Shown: piece after piece, positions 34,448 through 47,724 of the stretch
How positions within the stretch are numbered: position 1 is the stretch's first letter
Layout of the letters: the number at the start of each line of letters is the position of its first letter
Assembly: GCF_041146345.1 (NCBI RefSeq)
Contig: NW_027191417.1
Span: 682,001 to 746,000, forward strand
Reading direction: 5' to 3'
Length of the DNA stretch: 64,000 bases
Origin: Neodothiora populina
Taxonomy: Eukaryota
The notes under the pieces: model-generated
Seen by the model: the letters and a program-made list of their open reading frames with translations, nothing else
Database searches by the model: none
What the model was told of the DNA's origin: nothing
Program-made: the position numbers and the translations under genes

Positions 34448-37400
34448 ATGACTGCTCGTCTCGGACGCCTAGGCTTCCTGGGTATAGCGGTGGCCTTTCA
34501 CCTCATCTATATATACTCCATCTTCGACATCTATTTCATCAGCCCCATCGTGAGTGGCATGAAAGAGTACAGTCTCGCCACTGACGAAGCACCCGCAAAG
34601 CGATTGGTTCTGTTCGTCGGTAAATGCCCTCTTCCATATTCCGCAAAGTGCCTCCACAGTCTCAATATGAATATGTTCATCCCTTAATATCTGCATGTTT
34701 TGCCGCTGGTTCTGACTAGCCTCCTTGACATGATGACTATATCAGATGACGTTAAAACGACATAGCCGCTAACAACTCCCGCCAGGCGACGGTCTACGCG
34801 CCGACAAGGCCTTTCAATTCTTTCCAGATCCTTCTCCTGGAGCCAACACAAGCGCTGACTCGGACACTCCACGTCCTCTGGCACCATTCCTGCGATCCCG
34901 AGTGTTGGAACACGGCACCTTTGGCGTATCGCACACGAGAGTGCCCACCGAGTCAAGACCCGGACATGTCGCTCTCATCGCTGGTCTCTATGAGGATGTC
35001 TCTGCTGTCACCACGGGTTGGAAATTGAACCCCGTGGACTTCGATAGTGTGTTCAACCGGAGTCGCCATACCTGGAGCTGGGGAAGTCCGGATATCTTGC
35101 CCATGTTCAAGGAGGGGGCAGTGCCAGGTCGGGTCGATGCATACACTTATGGCGCCGAGTTCGAGGATTTCAGCAAGGATGCTACCGAACTCGACACTTG
35201 GGTCTTTGAAAGAGTGAAATGGCTGTTTGGCAATGCCACCAACGATCCTACTCTAGAGACTCAGCTACGTCAAGACAAGAACGTCTTCTTCCTACACCTT
35301 CTCGGTCTCGACACCACTGGCCACGCTTATAGGCCTTATTCGAAAGAGTATCTTCACAACATCAAGGTCGTAGATCAAGGGGTCCAGGAGATCACGCAGC
35401 TCATCGAGGAGTTCTATGGCGATGACCAGACCGCTTTCATTTTCACCGCGGACCATGGCATGAGCGATTGGGGTAGTCATGGCGACGGGCACGATGATAA
35501 CACACGAACCCCTCTCATAGCTTGGGGCTCAGGAGTTGCAAAACCCGTGACAGTCTCTCGCAGCGAGAGCCCTGGTGGAGCGAAAGCCAGGGGACACGAC
35601 GATGGTTTCTCACATGATTGGCATCTAGATCATGTCCAGCGCAATGACGTCGCTCAGGCCGACGTAGCGGCCCTCATGGCCTACCTTGCGGGACTTCCAT
35701 TCCCAGTGAATTCGGTGGGAGAACTACCTCTAGACTACCTGTCGGCCGATAATTCCGTCAAAGCCAAGGCTATGCTAGTCAATGCTCGAGAGATCCTCGA
35801 AATGTACCGCATCAAGGAATCCGAGAAAAAGGCTATCGAATTGCGCTACAAACCATACTCGCACTTTGCTGACGAGGAGCATTCTGTTGAACACCGTCTC
35901 GATCTTATCGACCAGGCCATCAGAGATGGGAAATTCGCAGAAGCTATCGATGATGCGGACAATCTCATCAAGTTGGCCTTGCAAGGGCTTCGCTATCTGC
36001 AAACCTACGACTGGCTCTTCTTGCGAGCGCTTGTCACCGTAGGATACTTAGGATGGGCTGCTTTTGCCTTCACGATGGCCATCGACCAGCACGTTTTAGA
36101 CGGCAAGGTCGATGCATCCCGGTCGACCGCAAGCACGATCTTGTTTTCCTCTACTCTTTTGGGTTTATACTCGTACCTCTATGTGCGCTCTTCGCCCTGG
36201 ACGTACTACGCTTACGCCTCCTTTCCGCTCATGTTCTGGGAGGAAGTTTCTGCTAGAAGGCATGCGATAGCTCGTGCCAAAGCATTGCTCTCCGACCATC
36301 TCACTAGCAAGGATGCCGCAAGTCTTGCTTTCAACTTGTTATGCTTCATCGGCATCCTTGAGATCATGGTAAATACTCCTCCATTTCCGTTTTGTGTGGC
36401 TCAGCTGACCGCTTTTGCAGGTCCAAAGTTACTACCATCGCGAAATGTATACGCTGTGCTACCTGCTAGCAATTCTATGGCCAGCATCGTACGGCATGAA
36501 ATTCGTGTCGAATAATCTGGTCACCTGTATCACTTGGGCTCTGGCGTGTGGGGCTATGAGCGTCTTCACCCTTCTCCCGGCTATAAAGGTGGAGGATCTC
36601 AATCTCATGTATGTCACCCAGAAATCCTCTCGTCCTGCTTGTATAGCGTCATAACTGACCATATGAACAGCTTACTCGGTGGTTGCCTGATGCTGCTTCT
36701 TGGTGTCATGTACATCATCTATGCGGAAAATGTCACGTCTCAGCAGAACTCCCGGAAGCCAACGAAAGCAACTCAACGGCCCGGTCAACTTTCAAAGGTT
36801 CTACTTGGGACGCAGCTCGGCCTTGTGGCTCTCGCTATGGTTGTCACCCGGTCAAGCGTGTCGTCTTTACAAGCCAAGAAGGGCTTGCCCCTGGGCACAC
36901 AGGTCGTTGGGTGGGCAGTCTTCGGTAAGCTCCATCAGCTCCTTCAGTCCTGACTGTACTGATAATATTAGTCTCTTCCCTAGCAGTCCCATTCGTGTAC
37001 GGCTTGACGTCTAACAACAACTACCTTCATCGACTCGTGGTCATATTCTTATCCTTCGCACCCATGTTCGTCATTCTCACCATCTCCTATGAGGGTCTGT
37101 TCTACTTCGCGTTGAGCTGTACCCTGATCACTTGGGTTCGCCTGGAACACAAGGTATACCGCACCTTTACACCTCCTGAGCCGTCTCACCTACCTGCACA
37201 GAGCAGCACTGCATCCGACCTCAAGCCTCTTGTACATGCAAAGGTCACCTCGACAATTCGACAGCAGGCTGTGGCTAATGGCGATTACCGGGCGCTGACA
37301 CTTGCCGATGCGAGGATTGCTCTATTCTTCCTTTATCTTCTCCAGTCAGCCTTCTTCAGTACCGGAAACATTGCGTCGATATCTTCCTTCTCGCTTGACG

Positions 37401-37837
37401 CGGTCTACCGATTGATCCCCGTCTTCGATCCCTTCAGTCAGGGTGCTCTTTTAATTCTCAAGATCCTAGCGCCCTTTGCGCTCGTCTCGGCGAACCTCGG
37501 ACTGTTGACGCGACGCCTGAAGCTCAAGTCGGGTGCGCTGTTCGCTCTAGTCATTGGTATCAGTGACTGGTTGACGCTGAGATTCTTCTGGTCTGTCAGA
37601 GACGAGGGCAGCTGGTTGGAGATCGGAGAGAGCATCAGCGTCTTCTGCATCGCCAGTGCTCTTTGCGTCTTCGTTGCCGGGTTGGAAATGATCAGCCAGA
37701 TCTTCGTCAAGGGGATCGAGTTCACGGACGATGATGACAAGGCTGCGGCTGCTGCGGCCGCCGTCGCTATTCCTGTTACCACTACTTCCATCAGCGGCGT
37801 CAATGGAGCCCCTCGGACAGAGCGAAGTGAAAAGTAG
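34448..37837 (+). CDS. MCD4: GPI ethanolamine phosphate transferase 1 (PIG-N); exons 34448-34619, 34786-36368, 36421-36608, 36671-36924, 36972-37837
   Basis: SIFDIYFISPIVSGM, LVLFVGDGLRADK after splicing, SHTRVPTESRPGHVALIAGLYED, TADHGMSDWGSHGDG, GLRYLQTYDW, FSTGNIASISSF, DEGSWLEIG. Confidence 0.96.
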
Positions 37838-38373
37838 AATTGCTGTATTGTGGACCATGTAGATTTCCACACTTGTGCAACATTATAGTGGTGAACATCT
37901 ACCTATATACAAGGCTACTGCGTCAAAGCACACGCACGCAGAAACACCAATAATAAAATTTGAGAATAATTTCATTACAAAAATTCGACTGTGTACAAAC
38001 GTAAGGTGATGTGAACCTCTCACCTCGCGCCTCAGCGAAGAGAGCCCACAGCTCACGTCAATCCCATTCCGTAAAGCCATTGATGGTTCGGAATTAGAAT
38101 TTGACACTCCTCCCAGGGAGAAGAAGAAAAAGAAAAAAGATAAGAAAAAGAACGCCATCATGTCTGCTTGTTTGCTTATTCCTTCTTTCCACCCATCCGG
38201 GTCGACAAATGTTCCTCGTCGTTCGTTAAAGTGGTTCATCTACCGTTAATGCCTGTCGTCAAGTATTGGACTCGATTCATACCCCACTAAACCCACAAAG
38301 TTGATTAATATAATATGTTCGGGTTTCCATTGAGGGCCTGAGTCATAGCGTGGTCTCGTCCATTTTCTTTCAT

Positions 38374-39572
38374 TCACTGGTACGCAGGCGGCGTGCCACC
38401 ACCGTGCATAATGCCGCCAGCGCCAGCCTGTGTGCCGTCACGCATGACCTCAAGAGTCTTGGGGAAGTAAGGCTCGACGCCCCAGTTCCTCAGATACGCG
38501 CCCGTCTTCTCGATGCGCTTGATCTCGCGCGTGATGCCCCAGCCTTCGCCTTCCTCACTGAAGCGGCCGCGCACGATATCGACCATTGCGTCGTCGAGGC
38601 GCGAGTAGAAGGAGCGACGCTCGCGCAGGTCGTCTTCGTCGCCGTTCTCGAGCCCGCCGTGCGAGTTCAGGTTGCCGCCGAGCTTCAGCAGCAGATCGAA
38701 GGCGTATTTGGGTCCTGAGGGCAGGGCTGCGAGACGGGCGATGTCTGGGAGGAATTTGAGCATGCAGGCGCTGAAGGATGGGGTTGGCAGCGAGTCGTTC
38801 AGGTCGTCCTGCAGACGGTGAAGGTCGAAATTGACGATTGTGATCTTGCGGTCGAGTTGCGCGTTTAGTGTGGCTGCTGCGTGGGTTGGGTTGTGTGGTG
38901 AAGCCGCGTCCATTTGTGCGGCGATGCTTGGAGGCACGTCTGGGGATCATGTCAGTCAAGATGTACAGATACAATGGTTGTTGCAATAGCTTGATCTGCG
39001 AGCCCCTTCTGCCAAATCATGAAAAGAGTGACATGCACGTCGCAATGGTGGGCGTGTGAAAAGAAAGGAAATAACGAAGGAGGGAGCTTACCAGGACGTA
39101 GTCCTCGCTTGTCAATCCATGCGTGCACCTCCCGTCGCTGGGCCTCGAGCTGCTCAACATGCATCCGCATATCGGCAAGCTCGTTTTCCATCTCCTCTAG
39201 CCTGTTCGTGTAGGGACGAACAGCCTCATTGAAAGCGCGAGTGAGCAGATCAGGCATGGGTTCAGCAGGCACTGGAGCCTTCGAGATTGCCGGGCTCGAT
39301 CCAGACATGCTGCCGTATCCATTCATCATCGGTCTGTTAGCCGAGCTCGATATGGGCGGCGTCTGGTAGTGGTCCTGGTTCTGAGAAGCAAACATGGCTT
39401 CGTCCTTCTGGGGCGCTGCACGGGGTGCCGGTTCGTTAGGCTGATCGTACACGTCGTCTCTGAATTTGTCGTCGTAAGAAGCAGATGGAGCTTTGCTGTC
39501 GTGGGGAGAATAATTATTGTCAATGTAACTTTGTGAATTGCTCCTGGATCGAGATAGGCGCTTGAAGAACAT
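38374..39572 (-). CDS. Conserved-looking hypothetical fungal protein; exons 39572-39092, 38939-38374
   Basis: GTAAGC..CTGAC..CAG intron joins WIDKRGLRP to DVPPSIA; coiled coil (DLLTRAFNEAVRPY..LEEMENEL) then a helical domain (LDRKITIVNFDLHRLQDDLND..LKLGGNLNSH); strong GC3 bias. Confidence 0.85.
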
Positions 39573-40716
39573 GTTGAAAAAGGAAAAGAAGAGAGAATGA
39601 GCGTCAGTAGAAGTGCAAGCGAGCTTATGTGTCGATTAGTCTATAGCCGGCAGATGGGCGGCTAGAAAAAAGAGCGGTGGGGTCCGCGTTGACTGGAACC
39701 TGAGAGGTAGGTATTGTTATTGGAGGTTTCGCACACGAAGAGGCTGGAAAGGGTGGTGGGATATATGTGTTATCAGATACTCTAGCTCTAAGCCTACCGC
39801 GTGGCGTGGCTGGGCTTCGTGCAACTATAATTTGTTTGGGAAGACGAGCTAGATTTTGTAGAGTATGAGTTGCCTCATGTCGCATCTCCCCCTGCACACG
39901 CTACACAGCAGAGACAAGGTCACAATTCGACTTTGTTCGTGCACAGCATTCAGCCGCAGGGCGTGCAAATACGAACCTCCAGGCAAATGCGCCAGAACGT
40001 TGGGTATCCACGTTCGCTTTGTCGTTGTTGGCGGTGCAACGGCCCATGTCCTTAGCCCCGGGAATCAACATGGCACCGTTCCCATACCATCCATCGTTCA
40101 CATCAATTGCGCGGCACTAGCACCTTAGTCTTTCTGCTGAAACTGGGGGAGCTTCCGATCCCTGTGCATCACAGAATGGAGCTCACGCTCTCGTGCTTCT
40201 TGATTTGCTCGGGCCGCTGTCGTGGAGCCTAGTGTCCCGTGCCAGCCACTGCATTAGGAAGAGGCGAGATACACTCAGGCACCTCTGTCGTCTCTTTTGG
40301 GGTATTTTCGGACTTGTTCGATGACGATCTGAAGTTGATAACGCGGGCTTTCCGTATCGTGATAGTACAATATCTTGGAATGAGATAGATACGGTACCTT
40401 AGGTAGACTCTGGTTTTGATGCCAAAGACGCTGCGATGCTAGTTCTATTTATAGAGCCACGAACCTGTAGTGATTGACGTGCGACGCTTAGATGATAGTA
40501 GTATCTCAATACCTTACTGAACAACTTGAGTCGTCTGCTGATTCAACTCCGTAACGATGCCATATGTAAGGTATGTAGAACATCGAAATCTGACAAGAAA
40601 GTTATATACATACTACATGATGAGGTCTTGTGGCTATCTGGCTGAGGCTCTTGCATGTAGTGCGACAACGGTATCGACCAACTCTCAAGCTCGGTAGAGC
40701 GTATCTCCGGATGCTT

Positions 40717-42396
40717 TTAGACTCTCCAGATGGCATCACTCATGCTTGCAACATTCATCATGACTTCTGCGTCATGTACCCGTACCATATCGGCACCACC
40801 CTGTATGGAAGCCGACACAGTAGCTGCTGTTCCCCATGCCCGCTCTTTGGCTTCTCTAACTCCTGTTATCTTGCCTATGAAACCCTTCCTACTAGTTCCT
40901 AGTAGCCAAGGCATCCCTCTAAGACCTTCATAATCTCGCAACTCTGACAACCGCCGCAAGATCTCTACATTCTGTTCTACTGTCTTGGCGAAGCCGACAC
41001 CAGGGTCGAGCATGATTCGCCAGCGCCTGATTCCTGCTTCCTCGGCAGCTTCGACACGTTCTAATAGTTCCCTCCCCACAGTCTCAATGAGTCCATCGTT
41101 GTACGTGCAATTCTCCTTACTCGACATCGTGCCAGGAGTGCCTCGCATATGCATGAGACAGATTGAGCAGCCTAAACGTCCAACAACTGGTAGCATCTCC
41201 GGATCCAGCAAACCTGCCGATATGTCATTGATCATATGGGCTCCAGCTCGGATTGCTGCTTCTGCTACAGCTGCGCGATATGTGTCAATACTGATTGCAA
41301 TGTGTGCTGCCTCGGGAAGCGATTTGATGACTTCAATTGCAGGTAGTATTCGGTCAATTTCTTCTTGTGCTGAAATGTCAGGCGCTCCTGGGCGTGACGA
41401 TTGCCCACCTATGTCGATACACGTCACGCCGGCGCGGACATGGGCCAGAATTGTCGAGCGGAGCTCTGCTACATCGGTGGGCTCATGCTTGCCGCCATCT
41501 GAAAATGAATCTGGCGTTACATTCAAGATAGACATGACATGTGTCGGCCTTCTGGGATCCTGTGCGTGGATGAATAGCTTCGGCGCTATCTCTGCAATCG
41601 TCGATATAGGTGTTGAGGCTGACAGTTTTGCGAGACTCTGAGATAATGACACTTGCGATCGCGGTGGTGTGAGATGCGGAGCAATATCACATAGCGGCCG
41701 AAGGACAAATTCTCGCTCGTGCATGAGCGCATGAGGGATCTTCAAGCGATCATTATCAACGACTTCCGCATTATACAGAAGGATGTCGAGATCGATGTTT
41801 CGAGGACCTTTATCAATAAGCTTCACCCGGCCAAGTGTGTTTTCTATCCCTTGAAGTCTGTCAAGGAGATCCATGGGCTGGAGTGAAGTCTCGATCTACC
41901 GACCTTAGCTACTATCGTGCGGTGAGTTTCTTCATGAGCATACCTCGCACGCGCCATTGAGGAATTGCGCCTGATCTTCCACATACATGGGCTCTGTCTC
42001 ATATAGACAACTCGTGCGTTTGACCGCCATATCTGGATCTTGGTCCAAAGCCAAACATGCTTTCTCGATCATCTCTACTCTGTTTCCGACATTGCTTCCC
42101 AGCGCGATGTAAGCACGTGAGATTTTGTCTATGGACGAGGACTTCGAAGTTGCTGAGACCGCATATTCACGGCGCTGACTCGTCTGTGAGGGCTTGTAAC
42201 CATCCATTGGACGATTCAGTGTAGGACCCAGGCCATGTCGTGGCAAGTAATGTGTCGGATCTGTTGAGTGCATGGTACGTATGGCGCGCCGAGAACCCAA
42301 TGTTCTTCTACAAGCAAGATCCAGGTCACGCGAAATGCATGACAACCGTCTATGATAAGCCGAAGAAAGTCTTGAAGAGGACAATGCAACGTTCAT
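40717..42396 (-). CDS. FOL1: Folate synthesis protein, HPPK-DHPS bifunctional, with putative mitochondrial presequence; exons 42396-41944, 41895-40717
   Basis: HPPK: AYIALGSNVG, YETEPMY, KGPRNIDLDIL, IPHALMHEREFVLRPL; DHPS: ILNVTPDSFSDGG, DIGGQSSRPG, SIDTY, MHMRG, LDPGVGFAK, GTSRKGF, RVHD. Confidence 0.93.
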
Positions 42397-43322
42397 CCCG
42401 AAGTAGGGGCGTGTGGCTGCTGTGCTAGAATATAAGACCTGTGAAAAACTCTATTAATTTTACGAGTAGCTATAAGCTATGACAGAACTAAGGGACTGGT
42501 TGGGTTTTGGTGCAGCGAACAAAAATTTCTGTCCAGGCAAGCCACCAAGCTTCCGCAAGCCGCTTTGCCCTGTTGTTCTGGACGCCATCTCGAGCCTACC
42601 AAAGATCAATTCGTCACAACGGGCGACGCCGACTCGCGAATCTAAGCCAGCTTCAGTGCATCCACCAAGTCTAGCTAGGCTTACGTTGCAGGTGCGTAAT
42701 GTTTGCTGCTGTTCGCGATGCGAATATTTCAACCATGACTCAAGAGGGTTGATGGACAGGTGTGAGGCTGATTCACCATGCAACGGCCTAGTAAGGCGTC
42801 GGCAAATGGACACCTGATATTAAATTATTGTCATGTGAAAGCCGAAGAATCCTCTCCTGTAACACGGAGGAGAAAGTAACAAATTGAGCGACGGTGTGAA
42901 TTGTAGGCTCTTAGGGGCGGAATATGTCCTGGCGTGATTCACCATCATTTCGTCTCATGTTCAACATGACCTTGATACGATAAATGGTCTCGGTATTGTT
43001 GTTGGACGGAGCAAGGTATTCGTTGTCAGTACTCCGTACAAAGTAAGGTTGTATGGCGAGGCGGGGCCCCGCACTATTGATGAGGGTCTTCAACTGAAGC
43101 TTCGTGTACTTACCGAGTCACCGAGCCTCGGCTCATACAGAGAGGGTGATCATCCTACTTTCATGTGCCTCCACTTGACGTTATATTAGGTGGTGTTGCC
43201 TCTTTCTCGTTGAAACTCCTGTTACGACGCCTGTTGATCATACCATTCATTTCACAAGAACACAAGCACCTCTACTCAGAATTTCCAAGTTTTGACTACA
43301 ATAATCAAGAATTCACGCAACC

Positions 43323-44613
43323 ATGGCATCCCCACGTAGGTCAACAGTCCATAACATCTGGCGCAGGCGCTGACTTTCTGTAGAGCAACTCCGTACTACG
43401 ATGACAGATCTCTTGAAGATCAATCATCCCGTCATGCTTGCCGGCATGAATGTAGCCGCTGGACCCAAACTTGCCGCCGCTGTCACGAACGCCGGAGGGC
43501 TTGGTGTAATCGGCGGTGTTGGCTACACACCTGACATGCTCCGCGAGCAAATCGCCGAGCTCAAAAGTTTTCTACAAGACAAGAATGCGCCCTTTGGAGT
43601 AGACCTTTTACTTCCTCAGGTCGGAGGAAGCGCTAGAAAGACGAAGTATGTGCCCCATTTTTTGCATTGGTCAAATGAACACTTCAAGACTTACATGTGG
43701 CACAGTTATGATTACACAAAGGGAAAGCTTGGAGAGTTGGTCGATATCATCATTGATTCTGGAGCCAAGCTTTTCGTCTCTGCTGTTGGTGAGTGAACAG
43801 TAATCTTCAGAAGGGTATTGAAAATGTCCTAATTGTCTCAAGGTGTTCCCCCTAAGGCAATCATCGATAAATTGCATTCCGCTGGCGTACTTTACATGAA
43901 CATGATCGGCCACCCAAAGCATGTCAAGAAGTGTCTTGACGTCGGAGTTGATATCATCTGTGCTCAGGGTGGAGAGGGGGGTGGACACACGGGGTGAGTT
44001 TTCATGGTGAACACTGTAGTATGCAGAGCTGATATTTAACTTTAGTGATGTCCCAACCTCGGTTCTCATCCCAACTGTTGCAAAGTTGGTCCAGGGTCAC
44101 AAGAGCCCGATGACTGGCGCGCCTGTGCAGGTTGTTGCCGCTGGTGGTCTTTATAACGGCCAATCCGTTGCAGCTGCACTGATGCTTGGAGCTTCAGCAG
44201 TCTGGGTAGGTACTCGCTTCATTCTCTCTGAGGAAGCCGGCGCACCGAAAGCACATCAGGAGGCTGTTCGCACTGCTGGGTTCGATGACAACGTCCGAAC
44301 CATCATCTTCACGGGTCGTCCTTTGCGTGTCCGCCAAAACCCATACATCCAAGACTGGGAGGAGAATCGACAAGCTGAAATCAAGGACCTCACGAGTCGA
44401 GGTGTCTTACCGGTGGAGCACGATATGGAGAAGCTGGGTGATGATGTTGATGACGAAACATTGGACTATGCGCGTCCGTTCCTTATGGGTAAAGTTGCTG
44501 CCGTTGTGGACGAGAAGAAGAGCGCAAAAGCAATCGTGGACGAGATGGTCTCTGAAGCTGTGGAATGGCTTCAGAAGGGTAACAGCTGTATTATGTCCAA
44601 GAGCAAGCTTTAG
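43323..44613 (+). CDS. Nitronate monooxygenase (2-nitropropane dioxygenase) family FMN enzyme; exons 43323-43335, 43384-43645, 43706-43788, 43843-43993, 44046-44613
   Basis: HPVMLAGM, AAVTNAGGLGVIG, PFGVDLLLP, CAQGGEGGGHTG, VVAAGG..AAALMLGASAVWVGTRF; four canonical introns. Confidence 0.93.
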
Positions 44614-46449
44614 CCTGTGATGTTTCATGCTTATATACCATCTTGGAATGGAAATGTTTCACACATAATTACGAGTTTTGAGATTGTTCTGCTGTGATAT
44701 ACGGTGCCCACAGTCCGGAAAATCGAACTGACTGCCATTATTGTGGCGGTGGCGACTTTTTATGGCGTTTCGACGAGTCGCTCCAGTGATCATGCTGGTA
44801 AGCATCAACGTACTCCGTCCATGTCTAATTATCCATCACCCCACGTACGCACGCGATCCGTCGTCTTCGGCAATCAGTCTCTACCCCGACTGGGGCTCGA
44901 AGAACGACAAGATCCGGGGTCAATGTCAGGCGTCTATGAGTATACTGTAAATTGCTTTGTTGGCGCAGCAAGAGAGATGTCATGTGCAAGACAATCCGGA
45001 GGTAAGTTTACGATGAGGTATATGGACAGGGTTCCCCTCTGGAATGCTGATCGGACACACCTGCCCGAACCAAGCTGCGTGACATCTTCGGACCAACGTG
45101 AAGCGAGGAACAGGACAGATCTCGGAGATGATGATAATCATCGAGTGACAGTGCATGCGAATATGTGTCCCGCAATTCGGCATGACCTCTGCATGGAAGG
45201 CGTTGACCCGAGAACATATTGTAGATAGATATGTGGACGGTGTGTTACGGTCTTGGTTAGTACAAGTAAGTGGAAGAACCGTGGCGAGTGGCGCCTCGCC
45301 ACGATACGCCACATCACATACGAACAGATATTGATTTCCAGTGGTTCGATGCTTGGCCTCCATCACACTTGTTCTGGAATAGGCTATTACAAAAGGACTG
45401 TTGTTTGATTGGGTGTCGTCAGACTCTAGTGAGCTTAGCTACGATATCCATATCAGCGTCCATTGACACAAATCGATCGTTGATGTCGTCTCGTTGAACC
45501 CACCTTTCCGCAGGAAGTAGGTGACTTGTTTTTGGCTATACGGACGCCGACAGGCTTATTCCTCGAGCGAAATTATAGCAAGACACGATACGACACGACA
45601 CAAGAATGGTAATATAATGCGGCAGTTATACCTTCAGATGTAGAGGGATCAACAGACGCTCGATGCTGAGCACGAGTTCGCGCTCGGCCATGATACCGGT
45701 TCCCCGGCGAGCCGTACGCGGCCGGCAAGTGTCTATGGCACGAAAATGCTTCCAACAGTCGTTCGTTGGTGCAGAGGGGTGAGAAACGCACGACACGTTC
45801 GCTGGAGGATCTCTGACCCGAGACGGTTCACTACGACAAAGCCGATTTACTGTACTTCGAATGCAGTGTTGTAGATGCTGTTGGTTCGAAAGTAGGTTGT
45901 TGTTGTCCACCGAAGAGGCATGCAGCCAATCACACGGCACGGAGTCACCCCCGAAAGGTGGATCCCAAGTCGTAGCACTTGGTCGACTCTTGTAGCGACC
46001 GCTGAAGGCCAGCCCACTCAATTCGGAGGAATTCCCGAGAGATTGACTATTCACAGTTCGTCTTACTGCAAAGATGGGGCAACAATTGGCTAGGCCTGGC
46101 TCCCAAGAAATCGTGTAAGAAGACGCTGCTGCACTTGCATCGAGACCGCTACCTGGTTGACAGTGTCGTGAAAACGATGCTGATAGACAAGGAAACACAT
46201 ACACATCCTGATCCTACTTTCGTTCCAAAAAAGTTGGCGCACCTGTTCATTTCCATATTTGGTGCCCACATTTCTTGGCAGGCCCTTCAAGCATCTCGTT
46301 GCGTTGTGTCAACAGACCGAATACCATCGTAGGTCAATTGCTCGTGCTTGTGTCATCACCACCTTGTGTTGACGAGACGCTCAGGTACGCTGATCCGCCT
46401 GCTCTGTCGTCTATCTGTTGTCAGTCCTCCTGAGCAGTACGATGGATAT

Positions 46450-47724
46450 ATGGACTTCAGAACCCCACGCCATATACTAGCTGCCCCAGCTCCCGAGCTG
46501 GGCTCGGGGGCTGGTGCCGAAGCAGATCTTTCTTTCTCAGATGTCTCTATGCCGCTCACAAACCAATCGAGACGGAAAAGGCAGGCTGTGAAAGCAGCTT
46601 GCAATGCCTGCCAACGACGAAAAGTCAAGGTAAGCTATGCGCCACCTGTTTACTTTGTGTATTCATGGGGAGAACCTAGCATCTCTGCTACAGTGAGTGG
46701 TCAGGGCTGATTTTGAGGTTGCAGTGTAGCGGTGAGCGACCTGTCTGCGCGCTCTGCCAGACAAGAGGTCAAGCGTGCACTTACGATGCAGAGGCTGGCG
46801 TGACGAGGGTGGAAGCTTTACGCCGAAGAAATGCTGAACTGGTGTCTCAGAACGCTGACTTCGACATCGTCCTTAGTGCTTTACGCACGAGTTCAGACGC
46901 AGACGCCGTGAATCATCTACATCAGTTGAGAGCTGCACCTGATGCGGAGACTTACGCCCAAGTTCTCAAAAAACAAGCCGGGACATCGCGCCGACGAAAG
47001 CCAGCAGACGGTGCTTCTAACATGGAAGGAGTTCCCATCCCTCCGCATGTGACCCGTTCCGAGACCGAAATTACGGACAGATCTGGTTCACTTGTTGAGG
47101 AGACTCCTGACTCCTTGGATGCGGCAACAATCCACGTCCAAACTGTCGAGCAGTCATTACCAATGCTACCACCTACGTCAAAACGAGCTTACACTCAGCC
47201 AATGGCTCGAAATCTGTGAGTGATTGATGAATTGTCCCAAGCTTCTCCGTGATTCCGAAAGTTGCAGCAGCCAACGTCTGCCAACCTCAGAGGTGGCTTT
47301 TTGCAATATCTGTGGGTCGCGCTGCAAGAAAGTAATCCGTGGACGATGGCAATGCTGAAGCGATCGAAGTAAAATACTGACCGATCGGCAGTGCCGAGGT
47401 CTGGCCATACACGGAAACCGCAGATTCGACCATGTCAATGATGATGAACGATCGCAGTGCTTCGACCCTACAGCCACAACCTCCGCCTGCGCTTGAGGGT
47501 TGGGGCGTTACCCCCGAAGCATACCATCGTATGTTCGACGTGCCCTTGACCGAAAGCCAGGCCGCCATGGCAGCAGCCACGAGACTCCGACAAGAAGACC
47601 TGAGCATGGACGATTGTACGTCAGACGGCCTGACATATGCCAGAGATGATTGACGTTAACCTGTCTTGCAGTACAACTCCAGCAATGGAGCAATTGGCAA
47701 TCATGGAACCATCCAAACGCTTGA
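46450..47724 (+). CDS. Short Zn(II)2Cys6 transcription factor; exons 46450-46629, 46725-47215, then tentatively 47392-47615 and 47673-47724
   Basis: ACNACQRRKVK/CSGERPVCALCQTRGQACTY split by a GTAAGC..CAG intron, then a coiled coil; the 3' exons are inferred from GTGAGT..CTGAC..CAG and GTACGT..TTAAC..CAG and are less certain. Confidence 0.8.

Noticed and set aside
34620..34785. Long MCD4 intron with ATGATGA and CTGA (possible C/D snoRNA or nested intron)
   Set aside because: The D-like box precedes the C-like box and no nested donor is reconstituted.
44704..45228. 174-aa ORF between the monooxygenase and the TF
   Set aside because: GTG start, no domain, no codon bias.
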